DNA of 64,000 nucleotides from an uncultured bacterium (GTDB lineage Bacteria; Krumholzibacteriota; Krumholzibacteriia; LZORAL124-64-63): NCBI GenBank assembly GCA_937864225.1, contig CALMJK010000016.1, positions 34,030 to 98,029 of the forward strand, read 5' to 3'. Shown piece by piece: positions 9,598 to 19,280 of this stretch (position 1 is its first letter; each line of letters starts with the position of its first letter). The notes under the pieces were generated by a model. It saw only the letters and a program-made list of their open reading frames with translations, ran no database searches and was not told where the DNA came from. The position numbers and the translations under genes were made by a program.

Positions 9598-10762
9598 AGC
9601 GCCGCTGGTGCTGCTCGACGCGTTGCTCGTGACCGACCAACCGACAGGTGTGGGGCGCGCCATCCTCGAGCTGACGCGCGCGCTGGCGGCCGACCGCCGG
9701 GGCCTGCGCTTCGCCGTGCTGGCAACTCACCGGGAACAGTTCGCCTTCCTGGACGGCGTTCCCGACTGGCAGGTCGTCGACTGTCCCGGCGCGCGAGGCG
9801 GTGCCGCGCGCAAGGCCCTGTACACGCAGACGGCGCTGCCTTCGCTGGCCAAGCGGCTGGGCGCGGCGCTGATTCACAGCCTGCAATTCGTGGCGCCACT
9901 GGCGGCGGCGCCTCCGCGGGTGGTCACGGTCCATGACCTGTCGTATCGACTCTTCCCGGAAACGGTGGAGCCGTTGCGGCGCCGATACTACCGCGTCGTC
10001 GTGCCGGCTTCACTGCGCAGGGCGGCGGCGATCGTCGCCAATTCGCGGGCGACCGCGGCGGACATCGCCACAGCGTTCCCCTTCACGCGGGGCCGCGTCG
10101 CAGTCACGCCCTTCGGTACCCCCTCCTGGGTGTGGGATCACGACGCGGCGCCGCCGGCGGGTCCGGACGCCCCCTATCTCTTCGTGGGCACCCTGGAGCC
10201 GCGCAAGAATCTGCCGCGCCTGCTGGCGGCATATCGAGGCCTACTCGCACGGGAGGAGCGTCTCGGCGCCGGACGATTCCCGGACCTGGTGCTGGTCGGG
10301 GGGCGCGGCTGGCTCGATTCGCCTTTGCGCCGCCCGCTCGAGGAGTTGCGCGCGCGGGGGAGATTGCGCCTGGAGGGCTATTGCGGACCCGATCGGCTGT
10401 GGGAGTGGTACGCCACGGCACGCGCTTTGCTGTTCCCGTCGCTCTACGAGGGCTTCGGCTTCCCGATCCTGGAGGCGATGGCGGCCGGATTGCCGGTCTT
10501 GACCGCTGATCGCGGCGCGATGCGGGAAGTCGCGGCGGACGCCGCGTTGCGCGTGGACCCGCTCGACGTGTCGGCGCTCACGGATGCGCTGGCGCGCATT
10601 CATCTCGACGAGCAACTGCGTCACCAACTGCGGGTATCGGGACGGGAGCGGGCGCGGCTGTGGAGTTGGGAGCGGACCGCGGCGGCCACGGTGGCCGTTT
10701 ACCGCCGGACCATTGCCGCGGCGGGCGCGGGTGGAGGGGAAATACACGTTGCCGCTCCCTGA
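9590..10762 (+). CDS. Glycosyltransferase family 1 (GT4)
   Basis: The C-terminal EGFGFPILEAMAAGLPV motif and a GT-B Rossmann pattern identify the family. Confidence 0.85.
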   Translation: MAEAPLVLLDALLVTDQPTGVGRAILELTRALAADRRGLRFAVLATHREQFAFLDGVPDWQVVDCPGARGGAARKALYTQTALPSLAKRLGAALIHSLQFVAPLAAAPPRVVTVHDLSYRLFPETVEPLRRRYYRVVVPASLRRAAAIVANSRATAADIATAFPFTRGRVAVTPFGTPSWVWDHDAAPPAGPDAPYLFVGTLEPRKNLPRLLAAYRGLLAREERLGAGRFPDLVLVGGRGWLDSPLRRPLEELRARGRLRLEGYCGPDRLWEWYATARALLFPSLYEGFGFPILEAMAAGLPVLTADRGAMREVAADAALRVDPLDVSALTDALARIHLDEQLRHQLRVSGRERARLWSWERTAAATVAVYRRTIAAAGAGGGEIHVAAP

Positions 10763-10801
10763 GGCATGGTCTAGCTTGCGGAGGGTGTTCGGCGCGCGGA
10801 T

Positions 10802-12142
10802 TTGCGGCCGGCAATGCGGGGAGAACCGGTGGATCAGGTGATCGGCGTGTTGGCGGGCGGGCTGCTGGCGTTCGTCATGTCGTGGTTGGTGCAGCCCCAT
10901 TTTCGCAACCTCGGTTTCCTGACCGAGGTGGTCGACCACCCCGGCCATCGTCGGCCTCATCGCGAGCCGGTGCCGCGCACCGGCGGCATGGCCATCTTCA
11001 TTTCCTTCTTTGTGAGCCTTTACGTTCTGGAACGGTTGAGCGTGATCCAGCCGCTGCCCTGGCCCTGGCTCGGGGTGCTCATGGGCGCGGGGCTGGCGAT
11101 CCTCGCGCTGGGCGTGGGGGATGACCGGTTCGGAATCCACGCCGAGAAGAAGCTGTACGGTCAGCTGCTGGTGGTCCTGGGCCTCATGGTCTGCGGACAG
11201 CGGCTCGACGTCGTGAATCTGCCGCTGCTGGGCTCGCTGTCGCTTGGCGGCTGGGCCTGGCCGGTGACGACCTTTTGGTACTTGGGATTCATCAACTCGA
11301 TGAACCTCATCGACGGCCTGGACGGTCTGGCCAGCGGCATCAGCGTGATCGTGCTGTTGCTGGTCGCCGCCGTGGCCTTGGTCGCGGGTCAGTACGTGTC
11401 GCTGGTCTGCGCGACCGTGCTGTGCGGGACGACGCTCGCCTTCCTGTATTGGAATGTCAGCCGGCGCAAGGTCTTCCTGGGCGATTCCGGCAGCATGTGG
11501 ATGGGGCTGGTGCTGGGCACGCTGCTGCTGGACATCAGCCAGCGCGCCGGCATCGCCCTGCCGGTGTTGCTGGCGCCCATGGTCGTGCCGATCTGGGACA
11601 CGGGCACGACGATCATCCGGCGCTGGCGCAAGCGGACCTCGATCTTCCAGGCGGACGATCATCATCTCCATCACCGGCTCGTGCGCATCGGTTTCTCGCC
11701 GCGCGGCGCGGTGTCGCTGCTGCTGCTGATCACGATCGGCGCCACGATCTTCGCCTTGTCGGATTTCATGCGGGCGCCGTGGCTCGGCATGCCGGCTCTG
11801 GCATGCTGGTTGTTGGTCCTGCATTTGGAGGCGACGCAACATCGGCGCAATCGCGCGCTCGGTTATGACTCTTTCACCGAAATCCTTTATATCCTCGGTT
11901 TCGACGATCGCCTCGATCAGCAACTGTGGGCCAACGGCCGGCGGGTGGCCGAGGTCGTGGACCTGCAGTCGGAGCGGGAACGGGTGTCCAGGGCGCGCGC
12001 CGTGGCGGCGGGCGGCGACGAAGTCGAGGCGGCGGCCCGCGTGGCGGCGCGCGGCGTGGCGCCGCGACGGGCGGGCACGGGGCGGGCGGCCGAGGAGTCG
12101 CGCGGAGATGTCATACACCCCGCTTCCCGAGATCTTCCTTGA
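10802..12142 (+). CDS. WecA/MraY-family UDP-HexNAc:polyprenyl-phosphate HexNAc-1-phosphate transferase (GT4), with Ala/Arg-rich C-terminal extension
   Basis: The NSMNLIDGLDGLA and VFLGDSGS motifs are characteristic of the MraY/WecA superfamily. About 85 residues of low-complexity tail follow the last TM helix. Confidence 0.8.
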   Translation: MRPAMRGEPVDQVIGVLAGGLLAFVMSWLVQPHFRNLGFLTEVVDHPGHRRPHREPVPRTGGMAIFISFFVSLYVLERLSVIQPLPWPWLGVLMGAGLAILALGVGDDRFGIHAEKKLYGQLLVVLGLMVCGQRLDVVNLPLLGSLSLGGWAWPVTTFWYLGFINSMNLIDGLDGLASGISVIVLLLVAAVALVAGQYVSLVCATVLCGTTLAFLYWNVSRRKVFLGDSGSMWMGLVLGTLLLDISQRAGIALPVLLAPMVVPIWDTGTTIIRRWRKRTSIFQADDHHLHHRLVRIGFSPRGAVSLLLLITIGATIFALSDFMRAPWLGMPALACWLLVLHLEATQHRRNRALGYDSFTEILYILGFDDRLDQQLWANGRRVAEVVDLQSERERVSRARAVAAGGDEVEAAARVAARGVAPRRAGTGRAAEESRGDVIHPASRDLP

Positions 12143-12779
12143 GGACTTGAAGCGATCGGGTCCCGGTGCCGGCGTTGAGTTGGGGTGCGGCGAGGGCCGC
12201 TTCACGCGCCTGTTGACCGCGGCGGGCGCGCGGCCGGTCTGCCTCGATCGCAGGGCCGCCTGGGCCGGCACGATCGCCGACGTGGTGGCGGACGCGCGCT
12301 CGCTTCCCTTGCGCGAGGCGAGCGTTTCCCTGCTGGTCGCGGCCGGTCTGTTGCGTCACCTGTGGCCATTGCCCGGCGGCCTGGCTTGCCCCACCGACTG
12401 GATCCGTTGCCTGGCGCCAGGGGGCGCGCTCTGGATATTCGAGGACGAACCCCTGTCCCACCCGCCTGCCGCGCGTCACTTTCGCGACGCGATGGCGTTC
12501 CTGGCCCGCGTGGCCCCGGATGTCCGGCGGCCGTTGCTGCCCCTGGCCACGTTCCGCAGGCGTTGGCGGGCGAACGCGCCCGGGCAGTGGCGGCACGGAT
12601 GCGCCATGAACGAGTTCGCCCCGGACGATGTCGAGGTCCTGGCGAGCTTGCTCGAAGGCGAGCACGGGAGCACGGACTCGCCGGGAGCCCGCCTCGCGGC
12701 CGCCATTCGGCGCGACGGCCTGTCCTACGGGCATTACTGGTGGGCGCGTCTGGAGCGCCCGCGGGAGGACCAGGCATGA
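12108..12779 (+). CDS. Class I SAM-dependent methyltransferase (putative)
   Basis: It has a glycine-rich motif I (VELGCGEGRFT) and an acidic motif II region. The start was chosen at ATG 12108, where it overlaps the tail of the upstream gene. Confidence 0.5.
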   Translation: MSYTPLPEIFLEDLKRSGPGAGVELGCGEGRFTRLLTAAGARPVCLDRRAAWAGTIADVVADARSLPLREASVSLLVAAGLLRHLWPLPGGLACPTDWIRCLAPGGALWIFEDEPLSHPPAARHFRDAMAFLARVAPDVRRPLLPLATFRRRWRANAPGQWRHGCAMNEFAPDDVEVLASLLEGEHGSTDSPGARLAAAIRRDGLSYGHYWWARLERPREDQA

Positions 12780-14134
12780 GCCGGCGCTCGCTGCGACGAG
12801 GCGTTCGTCGGGGCGCGCTCGGGGCGACCCTCCTGTTGCTGGGGCTGGCCGGTCTGTGGCCCGACGCACCGGCGGGATGCGTGGACTGGCGCCAAGCGCG
12901 CGCGGTGGTGCTCGAAAGCGACGACTGGGGGCTCTGCGGCTTCTTGCCGAACGCCGCCGCCCTGGCCGGTGAAGAACGCTCGGCCCTGCAGGCGGGGCGG
13001 TTTCCGGCTGCTTATTGGTCCTCGACCCTCGAAGACAGCGGCGCGGTCAGCGCGTTGGCCGGCGTGCTGGCGCGCCATCGCGGGCGCGACGGGCAGCCGC
13101 CGCTGCTGCAGGCGAACATGATCGTGTCGGCGCTGGCCTGGCGCATCGACGCGTCCGGGCAGGCCGGTTGGCGCCGGCACGACATCCCGGATCTGCCGGC
13201 GGCGTACGCCCGACCCGGACTGTGGACGGCGGTCGACGCGGCCATCGCCGCGGGGGTGTGGCGGCCGGAACTGCACGGGGCCTTCCATTACGATCCCGCC
13301 CGCAGGCAGGCGGCGGCCGCGGCGGGCGGGCCCGGCCGGTGGGCGGCGGAGCGAGGCATCGTGGTCTTTCCGGGCAGCGCGACGGCGTGGGAGCTCGGGT
13401 CTTGGCGTGCGACCGCGGAGTTGGCGGCCGAGTTGGACCGATCCCGCTCCATCTTCGCCGCGCGGTTCGGACGCCCGCCGGCGGCGGTTTGCGCTCCCGA
13501 CTATGTGTGGGACGCTCGCTGCGAGGATCTCTGGGAAAGTCGGCATATCCGGGTGATCCAGGCCAAGCGGGAGCAGCGCGACCCGCGCCGCGGCTGGGCG
13601 GGCGGGCTCGCTCGGGTGAGGAAGGTCGTCGCGCGCGCCTGGGACAAGTGGTCGCACCCGGGTCGCGTCTATCTCGACCGCAACTGCCGTTTCGAGCCAG
13701 CTCAGGCGGAGAACCCGGAGGAAACCGTGCGGGCCTGTCTGCGTGACGTCAGGCGGGCCTGGGCGCGTGGGGAGCCGGCGATCATCGAGACCCACCGCGT
13801 CAACTATGCCGGTCTGGACAGCGCCGCGACCGCGGCGGGAAGGCGCCTGCTGGACGAATTGCTGACGGCGCTCGAGAGCGAGCCGGGCGGGGCGCCGATC
13901 TATCTCAGCGATGCCGAGCTGGCTTCCCTCCTGCGGGAGGGGACGAGCGCCGTGCGCCGGGGCCCGAAGGTCCTGGTGCGCAACCTCACGCACACGGCCC
14001 GCTTGGTGAGGCTGTCCGGGGATGCCCGCCCGGTGGCAAAGGCGCAGGCCGCGGATGCCGGGTGGCGCGGCCGCACCGAGGCGGTCACCGTGGTCGCGGT
14101 CCCCGCCGGGGTGTCGCGACAGGCGGGGCGTTGA
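12776..14134 (+). CDS. Hypothetical secreted protein (signal peptide)
   Basis: ATG 12776 overlaps the methyltransferase stop (ATGA). The N-terminus RRGALGATLLLLGLAGLWP is signal-like, and no confident family match was found. Confidence 0.45.
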   Translation: MSRRSLRRGVRRGALGATLLLLGLAGLWPDAPAGCVDWRQARAVVLESDDWGLCGFLPNAAALAGEERSALQAGRFPAAYWSSTLEDSGAVSALAGVLARHRGRDGQPPLLQANMIVSALAWRIDASGQAGWRRHDIPDLPAAYARPGLWTAVDAAIAAGVWRPELHGAFHYDPARRQAAAAAGGPGRWAAERGIVVFPGSATAWELGSWRATAELAAELDRSRSIFAARFGRPPAAVCAPDYVWDARCEDLWESRHIRVIQAKREQRDPRRGWAGGLARVRKVVARAWDKWSHPGRVYLDRNCRFEPAQAENPEETVRACLRDVRRAWARGEPAIIETHRVNYAGLDSAATAAGRRLLDELLTALESEPGGAPIYLSDAELASLLREGTSAVRRGPKVLVRNLTHTARLVRLSGDARPVAKAQAADAGWRGRTEAVTVVAVPAGVSRQAGR

Positions 14135-14159
14135 CCGCACTTTTGCTTTCTGCTATAAT
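14131..14159 (+). promoter_or_regulatory. Near-consensus sigma70 promoter TTGACC-17-TATAAT
   Basis: The -35 hexamer overlaps the TGA stop of the upstream gene, and an exact TATAAT follows 17 nt later. This places it about 240 nt upstream of the C25 peptidase start. Confidence 0.55.
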
Positions 14160-14400
14160 CGCAAATCAAGCATGAACGCCCATCAGCCCCGGCGAGATCG
14201 TCGCCGGCGGTCGCAGGGTCGCCCTCGGGAGGAACAGGCGCCGGTCTGGCTATCGAGCGACGGTGGCGGGCCTTGTGGCCCGTCCGGACGGACAGCAGTT
14301 CACGCATCCCGAGGAGGCCGCAGAGCTTCCTGAGCATTTGCCAAAACCAGTGGTTCGGCACCGGGCGTCCGGCTGCTCTGACCACCCGGAGGGTTTGACC

Positions 14401-17400
14401 ATGAGGCGCTTTCGTTCGGCTTTGCTTTTGACGGCGCTTTGCGCGGCGGCGAGTTGCCCGCCGGCGGACGGCACGGCGGCTGAGGCCGCGCCCGTCATCT
14501 ACGCGGAGACCCTGACCGGCTCGCTGACCTGGGTCGCCGAAGCGGACGGCGGCGTGACGCCACATCTGGCGGGGACCAGCCCGTGGGCCGAGACGCAGCG
14601 GCCGTCGCTGGCGGCCCGCGATCTCGTGCTGCTCGTTCCCACCGGCACGAGCTGGGAGGGCGTGGAGATCGTGCCGCTGGCGACCCGCCGCGAGACAGCG
14701 CCGGCGGCTCTGGCTTTGGGCAGCGCGACCGTGAGCACCTCCGGCTTGGCCGTGAGTTCCGCCCGCCATCCGCTGACGGACGACGTTTTTCCGGCCAGTT
14801 GGGGCGAGTACGCCGGGCGGCAGACCTGGCGGGGCTTCCAACTGGCGCTTGTGAGAGTCTATCCGCTGCGGGCCGTGCGAGACGCCGAGGGCGCCTGGAC
14901 GGAAGTCGAGGTGCTCGAGCGCTACGCGGTGCGCCCAGTCCTGGCTGCCGCATCGCGCGACGCCGACGCGGCGCAGCGGGAACGCTTGGTGCCGGGCGAG
15001 CGAGCGCGCGCCGAGGCCGTGCTGGCCGCGCGGGTGGCCAACCCCGAGGCGCTGTCCGGCTATGCCCGTGTCGATGGAACCGTCGTCAGCGATCAGGACG
15101 GAGACTTCGCGCCGACGGCCACGCCAAGTCTGAGCGGCAGCGCCGTGAGCTATCTGATCGTCACGCGCGAGGCGCTCGCCACGCCGTTCCAGCGTCTGGC
15201 GGATCACCGCACGAGCTTGGGCATGCCGGCGGTGGTGAAGACCGTGGAGTGGATCGAGGCGAACTACCGTCACGGCGCCGACGTTCAGGAGACCATTCGC
15301 ATCTTCCTACGCGATGCTTACGCGCGCTGGGGAGTGGAGTACGTTCTGCTGGGCGGCGACACCGACGTTCTGCCGGCCCGCTTCGCGACGAGTTCCTTGC
15401 TGCCGACAGGGTCCATGGAGGTGCCGGCCGACCTATACTTCGCCTGCCTGGACGGCAATTGGAACGCGGACGGCGACTATCGCTACGGCGAGAGCTATTA
15501 CAGCGCGACGTACCCGGGCGACGACGCCGACTTCGCGGACGAACTGTTGGTGGGGCGCGCGCCGGTCAGTCTGAGCTCCGAAGCGGACGCTTTCGTGGAC
15601 AAAGTCATCGCTTACGAGCGCCAGTTGGCGGGCACCGCCTGGCCCAATCGCATGCTCTTTGCCGCCGATGTGCTTTATCCCCAGGATTTCGACCTTGGCG
15701 ACCTGGTCTCGCTCGATGGCGCGACGTTCGCGGAGCAGATCATCGCCAATTCGCTGACGCCGTGCACGTCGGTGACCACGTCTCGTCTGTACGAAAACTA
15801 CCCCACCTACCCTGGAGCGCTGCGCCTGACAAAGACTGCGTTCACGGACTCCGTCAACAGCGGCCATTTCGGTCTCGTCAACCAGATCGGACACGGCTTC
15901 TTCTTCAACATGGAGCTGGGCGACGAGAATTTCGTGGTGTCCGACGCCGACCTGCTGACCAACGACGGGCACAATTTCCTGTTGTACGCCTTGAATTGCG
16001 CCTCGGCCGCCTTCGATTACGCCTGCCTGCTGGAGCGCTTCGTCAAGAACCCGCATGGCGGCTCGATCGCGTCGATCGGCTCCTCGCGCGAGGCGTTCCC
16101 GTATACCGCGAGTAATTATCAGGACGAGTTCTTCGCCACCCTGTTCTGCCGCGGGTCGCATCGGCTCGGCGATTTGATGAGCCTGAGCAGGCTGCCGATG
16201 CTCGCCAACACTTTCTATGAAACGTTCGATCGGTGGACGTTCCTGAACTACACGCTGCTCGGGGATCCTGGCACCCCGATCTGGAACGGCTCGCCGCGGT
16301 CGGCGGCGGTCACGGCCCCGAACGCACTGGTCGCGGGAACCCAGACAGTGCCCATCGCGGTGACCGCCGGCGGCGCGCCCGTGGCCGGCGCGCTGGTCTG
16401 CCTGTCGATGTCCGGCGTGGACTTTGCCTGGGGGCTGACGGACACGCTGGGCCTGCTGTCGCTGCCGTTCACGCCCGTGGGGACGGGTACTGCTCGCCTG
16501 ACCGTCAGCGGCGCCGGCCTGGCCGTGGACGAGCGCGACATCCCCGTAACGAACGTCGGCGCTTACATCGCGTGCAGCTCGGCCACGATCGTCGACAGCG
16601 GCACCGGCGGCACGACCGGCAACGGCGACGGCCGTATGGACGCCGGCGAGACCGTGGCGGTCTGGATGACCTTCAGGGACGCTGGCACGGGCGGGGCGAT
16701 GAAGTGCACGGCGACGCTGTCGGGCGGGCCGGACGGCATCACGATCCTGGACGCGACGGCCAACGTGGGCAACGTGCCGTCGGGCGGCATCAAGGCGGCG
16801 ACGGAACCGTTCCTGCTGTACGTAGCCCCAACCGTCTCCGACGGCACCCTTGCCAATTTTGCCGTTCTGGTGGTCGCGCAGACAGGAGGCAGCTGGACCA
16901 GCGAGTGGAACAGTGTGGCCTACGCGCCGGAACTGGCGGCCACCGCCTTGTCCTGGTCGGACGCCACGTATGGCGACGGCAACAACGTCCAGGCGAACGG
17001 GGAGCGGATCACGCTGACTCTGCGCCTGAAAAATTACGGCGCCGGCCTGAGCGGGCCGCTCACGGGAGTGCTGCGCACAGCGGATCCCGCGGTGACCCTG
17101 TACGACAGCCTGGGGAGCTGGACAGACTTGTCGCTGCTTGGCGACGGCGTGAACGCCCCGGCGTTCTCCCTCACCGAAGCGGACGTGGCCACGGACCACG
17201 CCTGTTGGCTCCTGATCACCGATCAGTATGGTCGCGCGCTGCGCCACGATTTCCACCTGGCCGTCCCACCGCAGCCGTCGAGTGTTGTCACCAACGGCCG
17301 GCTGGGCCCGGACGTGATCGCGCTCACGTGGTCGCCGCTCACGACGGCGGGCGTCCGCGGCTATCACGTCTATCGCAGCCAAAGCGCCTCCGGGCCGTTC

Positions 17401-19224
17401 TCGCGGGTGAACGCGGATCTCATCGAACAGACGTCCTATTATCGCGACGCGGGCCTGCAGCTGTTGACCCAGTACTTCTACATGGTGGGCGCGGTGGATT
17501 CCTCGCTCGTGGAGGGTCCGCCTTCGGCCGTGGTCGCGCAAAGCACGGCGCCTCCCGAGCTCACGGGTTTCCCGCTGCCGGTCGCGGTGGAAACGAGCAG
17601 CCATTGCGCGGTCGGCGACGTGAACGGCGACGGCCTGCTGGAGATCGTCGTGGGCGCCGACAAGGTCTACGTCTGGACCGCCGACGGCGGCGAGCTGCGG
17701 GACGGCGACAACAATGCGCAAACCCATGGCCCCCTGACGCCGATCATCGGCAACTTCGGCCCGGCTGGCATCACGCTGGCGGAGCTCGACGGGGCGCCAG
17801 GCCTGGAAATCATCGCCAGCGAGCGTCTCACGTATACGATCTACATCTTCAAGAGCGATGGCAGCAACCTGGCCGGCTGGCCGCGGGTGATCGCGGGCAA
17901 ATGGAACTGGACCACGCCGGCCGTGGGTGACGTGGACGGCGACGGCTCGGTGGAGATCGTCTTCAATGACATCAATGCCACGACGCACGTCTTCAACGTC
18001 GACGGCACGGAACTGCTCGACGGCGACCAGAACCCGGCCACGATCGGCGTCTTCCTGGTACGGCCGGAGTCGCCGAATGAATACGGAGTGTCGTCGCCGG
18101 CGCTGGCCGATCTCGACGGCGACGGGCGCAGCGACATCATCTTCGGGAGCAAGGATTCCAATTCGCCCAATTTCCTGTACGCCTACCGCTACGACCGGCA
18201 ACCCGTGCCCGGCTTCCCGTTCCCGACGGGTGCCACCGGCCTGATCAAGTGCAGCCCCAGCGTCGGCGACCTGGATCAGGACGGGAATCCGGAGATCGTG
18301 TTCGTGTCCGAGGCGGACTCTCTCTACGTGCTGCGGCGCGACGGCGCGTGCTATCCGGGCTTCCCGCTCTCCATGGTGGCCAACAGCGGCACATCGTGCC
18401 CGAGCCCGGCCCTGGCCGACTTCGACGGGGACGGGGTGCTCGAGATCGTGGTCGTTTCCACGCTCAGCTCCGCCAGCGCCGCGATCCGTGTCTACTCAGC
18501 GGACTGGGCCGCCGGCACATCGGGCCTGCTTCTGCCCGGTTGGCCGCAGAACATGCCGGGCAACAGCGAGTCGAGCCCGGTGGTCGGGGACATCGACGGC
18601 GACGGGGGGCTCGACATCGTGCACGGCATCGGCGGGGGCGATGCCACGTCGCCTAACAATCTGTACGCCTTCAGCGCTACCGGCGAGGCGATTCCTGGCT
18701 TTCCTGTCACGTTGGGCGGTCCGATCCGGCCAGCGGCCGTGCTGTGCGATCTCGACGGGGACGGCAACGTCAACCTCGTCTACAACGGGTGGGACCTGCA
18801 GGTGCATGTCTGGAACATGCCCTTCGCCTACGACAAAAATCGCATGCCCTGGCCGACCTTCCGCGGCCGGATGACCCGTGACGGTGTCTTCGGCCGCATC
18901 TCGCTGACCGCGGTGCCGGAAGGGGGCGTGCCGTCCGTCTGCACGTTGGCGCCGAACTATCCCAACCCCTTCAACCCCGCCACGACGATCCGGCTCTGGG
19001 TTCCCGGCGCGACGGGGACGCAGACGGACGTGCGCCTGCGCGTGTACGACCTGCAAGGCCGACTCGTGCGCACGTTGCACGAGGGAGCCACGGCGGCCGG
19101 CTGGAACACCTGGCTATGGGACGGGCGGGATCACGCTGGACGTTTGCAGGCCAGCGGCGCCTACTTCCTGCGGGCGCAAGCGGACGGACAGGCCACGTCC
19201 CGTAAAATGCTCCTCGTCAAGTGA
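14401..19224 (+). CDS. Peptidase C25 (gingipain-like) with FG-GAP/VCBS repeats and T9SS C-terminal sorting domain
   Basis: Residues roughly 300-650 match the C25 catalytic region (YLIVTREALATPFQRLADHRTSLGMPAVV…LLGGDTDVLPAR…ADLYFACLDGNWNADGD). At least seven DxDGDG calcium-loop repeats are present (GDVNGDGLLEIVVG, DVDGDGSVEIVFN, DLDGDGRSDIIFG, DLDQDGNPEIVFV, DFDGDGVLEIVVV, DIDGDGGLDIVHG, DLDGDGNVNLVYNG). The C-terminus has the NYPNPFNP…VYDLQGRLVRTL…GAYFL motif of a type A T9SS C-terminal domain. The N-terminus has a signal peptide, and a GGAGGG RBS precedes the ATG at 14401. Confidence 0.8.
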   Translation: MRRFRSALLLTALCAAASCPPADGTAAEAAPVIYAETLTGSLTWVAEADGGVTPHLAGTSPWAETQRPSLAARDLVLLVPTGTSWEGVEIVPLATRRETAPAALALGSATVSTSGLAVSSARHPLTDDVFPASWGEYAGRQTWRGFQLALVRVYPLRAVRDAEGAWTEVEVLERYAVRPVLAAASRDADAAQRERLVPGERARAEAVLAARVANPEALSGYARVDGTVVSDQDGDFAPTATPSLSGSAVSYLIVTREALATPFQRLADHRTSLGMPAVVKTVEWIEANYRHGADVQETIRIFLRDAYARWGVEYVLLGGDTDVLPARFATSSLLPTGSMEVPADLYFACLDGNWNADGDYRYGESYYSATYPGDDADFADELLVGRAPVSLSSEADAFVDKVIAYERQLAGTAWPNRMLFAADVLYPQDFDLGDLVSLDGATFAEQIIANSLTPCTSVTTSRLYENYPTYPGALRLTKTAFTDSVNSGHFGLVNQIGHGFFFNMELGDENFVVSDADLLTNDGHNFLLYALNCASAAFDYACLLERFVKNPHGGSIASIGSSREAFPYTASNYQDEFFATLFCRGSHRLGDLMSLSRLPMLANTFYETFDRWTFLNYTLLGDPGTPIWNGSPRSAAVTAPNALVAGTQTVPIAVTAGGAPVAGALVCLSMSGVDFAWGLTDTLGLLSLPFTPVGTGTARLTVSGAGLAVDERDIPVTNVGAYIACSSATIVDSGTGGTTGNGDGRMDAGETVAVWMTFRDAGTGGAMKCTATLSGGPDGITILDATANVGNVPSGGIKAATEPFLLYVAPTVSDGTLANFAVLVVAQTGGSWTSEWNSVAYAPELAATALSWSDATYGDGNNVQANGERITLTLRLKNYGAGLSGPLTGVLRTADPAVTLYDSLGSWTDLSLLGDGVNAPAFSLTEADVATDHACWLLITDQYGRALRHDFHLAVPPQPSSVVTNGRLGPDVIALTWSPLTTAGVRGYHVYRSQSASGPFSRVNADLIEQTSYYRDAGLQLLTQYFYMVGAVDSSLVEGPPSAVVAQSTAPPELTGFPLPVAVETSSHCAVGDVNGDGLLEIVVGADKVYVWTADGGELRDGDNNAQTHGPLTPIIGNFGPAGITLAELDGAPGLEIIASERLTYTIYIFKSDGSNLAGWPRVIAGKWNWTTPAVGDVDGDGSVEIVFNDINATTHVFNVDGTELLDGDQNPATIGVFLVRPESPNEYGVSSPALADLDGDGRSDIIFGSKDSNSPNFLYAYRYDRQPVPGFPFPTGATGLIKCSPSVGDLDQDGNPEIVFVSEADSLYVLRRDGACYPGFPLSMVANSGTSCPSPALADFDGDGVLEIVVVSTLSSASAAIRVYSADWAAGTSGLLLPGWPQNMPGNSESSPVVGDIDGDGGLDIVHGIGGGDATSPNNLYAFSATGEAIPGFPVTLGGPIRPAAVLCDLDGDGNVNLVYNGWDLQVHVWNMPFAYDKNRMPWPTFRGRMTRDGVFGRISLTAVPEGGVPSVCTLAPNYPNPFNPATTIRLWVPGATGTQTDVRLRVYDLQGRLVRTLHEGATAAGWNTWLWDGRDHAGRLQASGAYFLRAQADGQATSRKMLLVK

Positions 19225-19240
19225 CGCGCTGCGCGGACGG

Positions 19241-19269
19241 TTGACCGCGCCGCGCGGTCTGCCTACCAT
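19241..19269 (+). promoter_or_regulatory. Candidate promoter TTGACC-17-TACCAT
   Basis: It has the same architecture as the hsp20 promoter at 27502. It lies between the peptidase stop and the solute-binding-protein gene. Confidence 0.4.
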
Positions 19270-19280
19270 GCCAGAGGGCC

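Noticed and set aside
14171-14333. Arg-rich small ORF (MNAHQPRRDRRRR…) in the protease leader
   Set aside because: It has no RBS, extreme composition and an unsupported frame. It is more likely non-coding leader.
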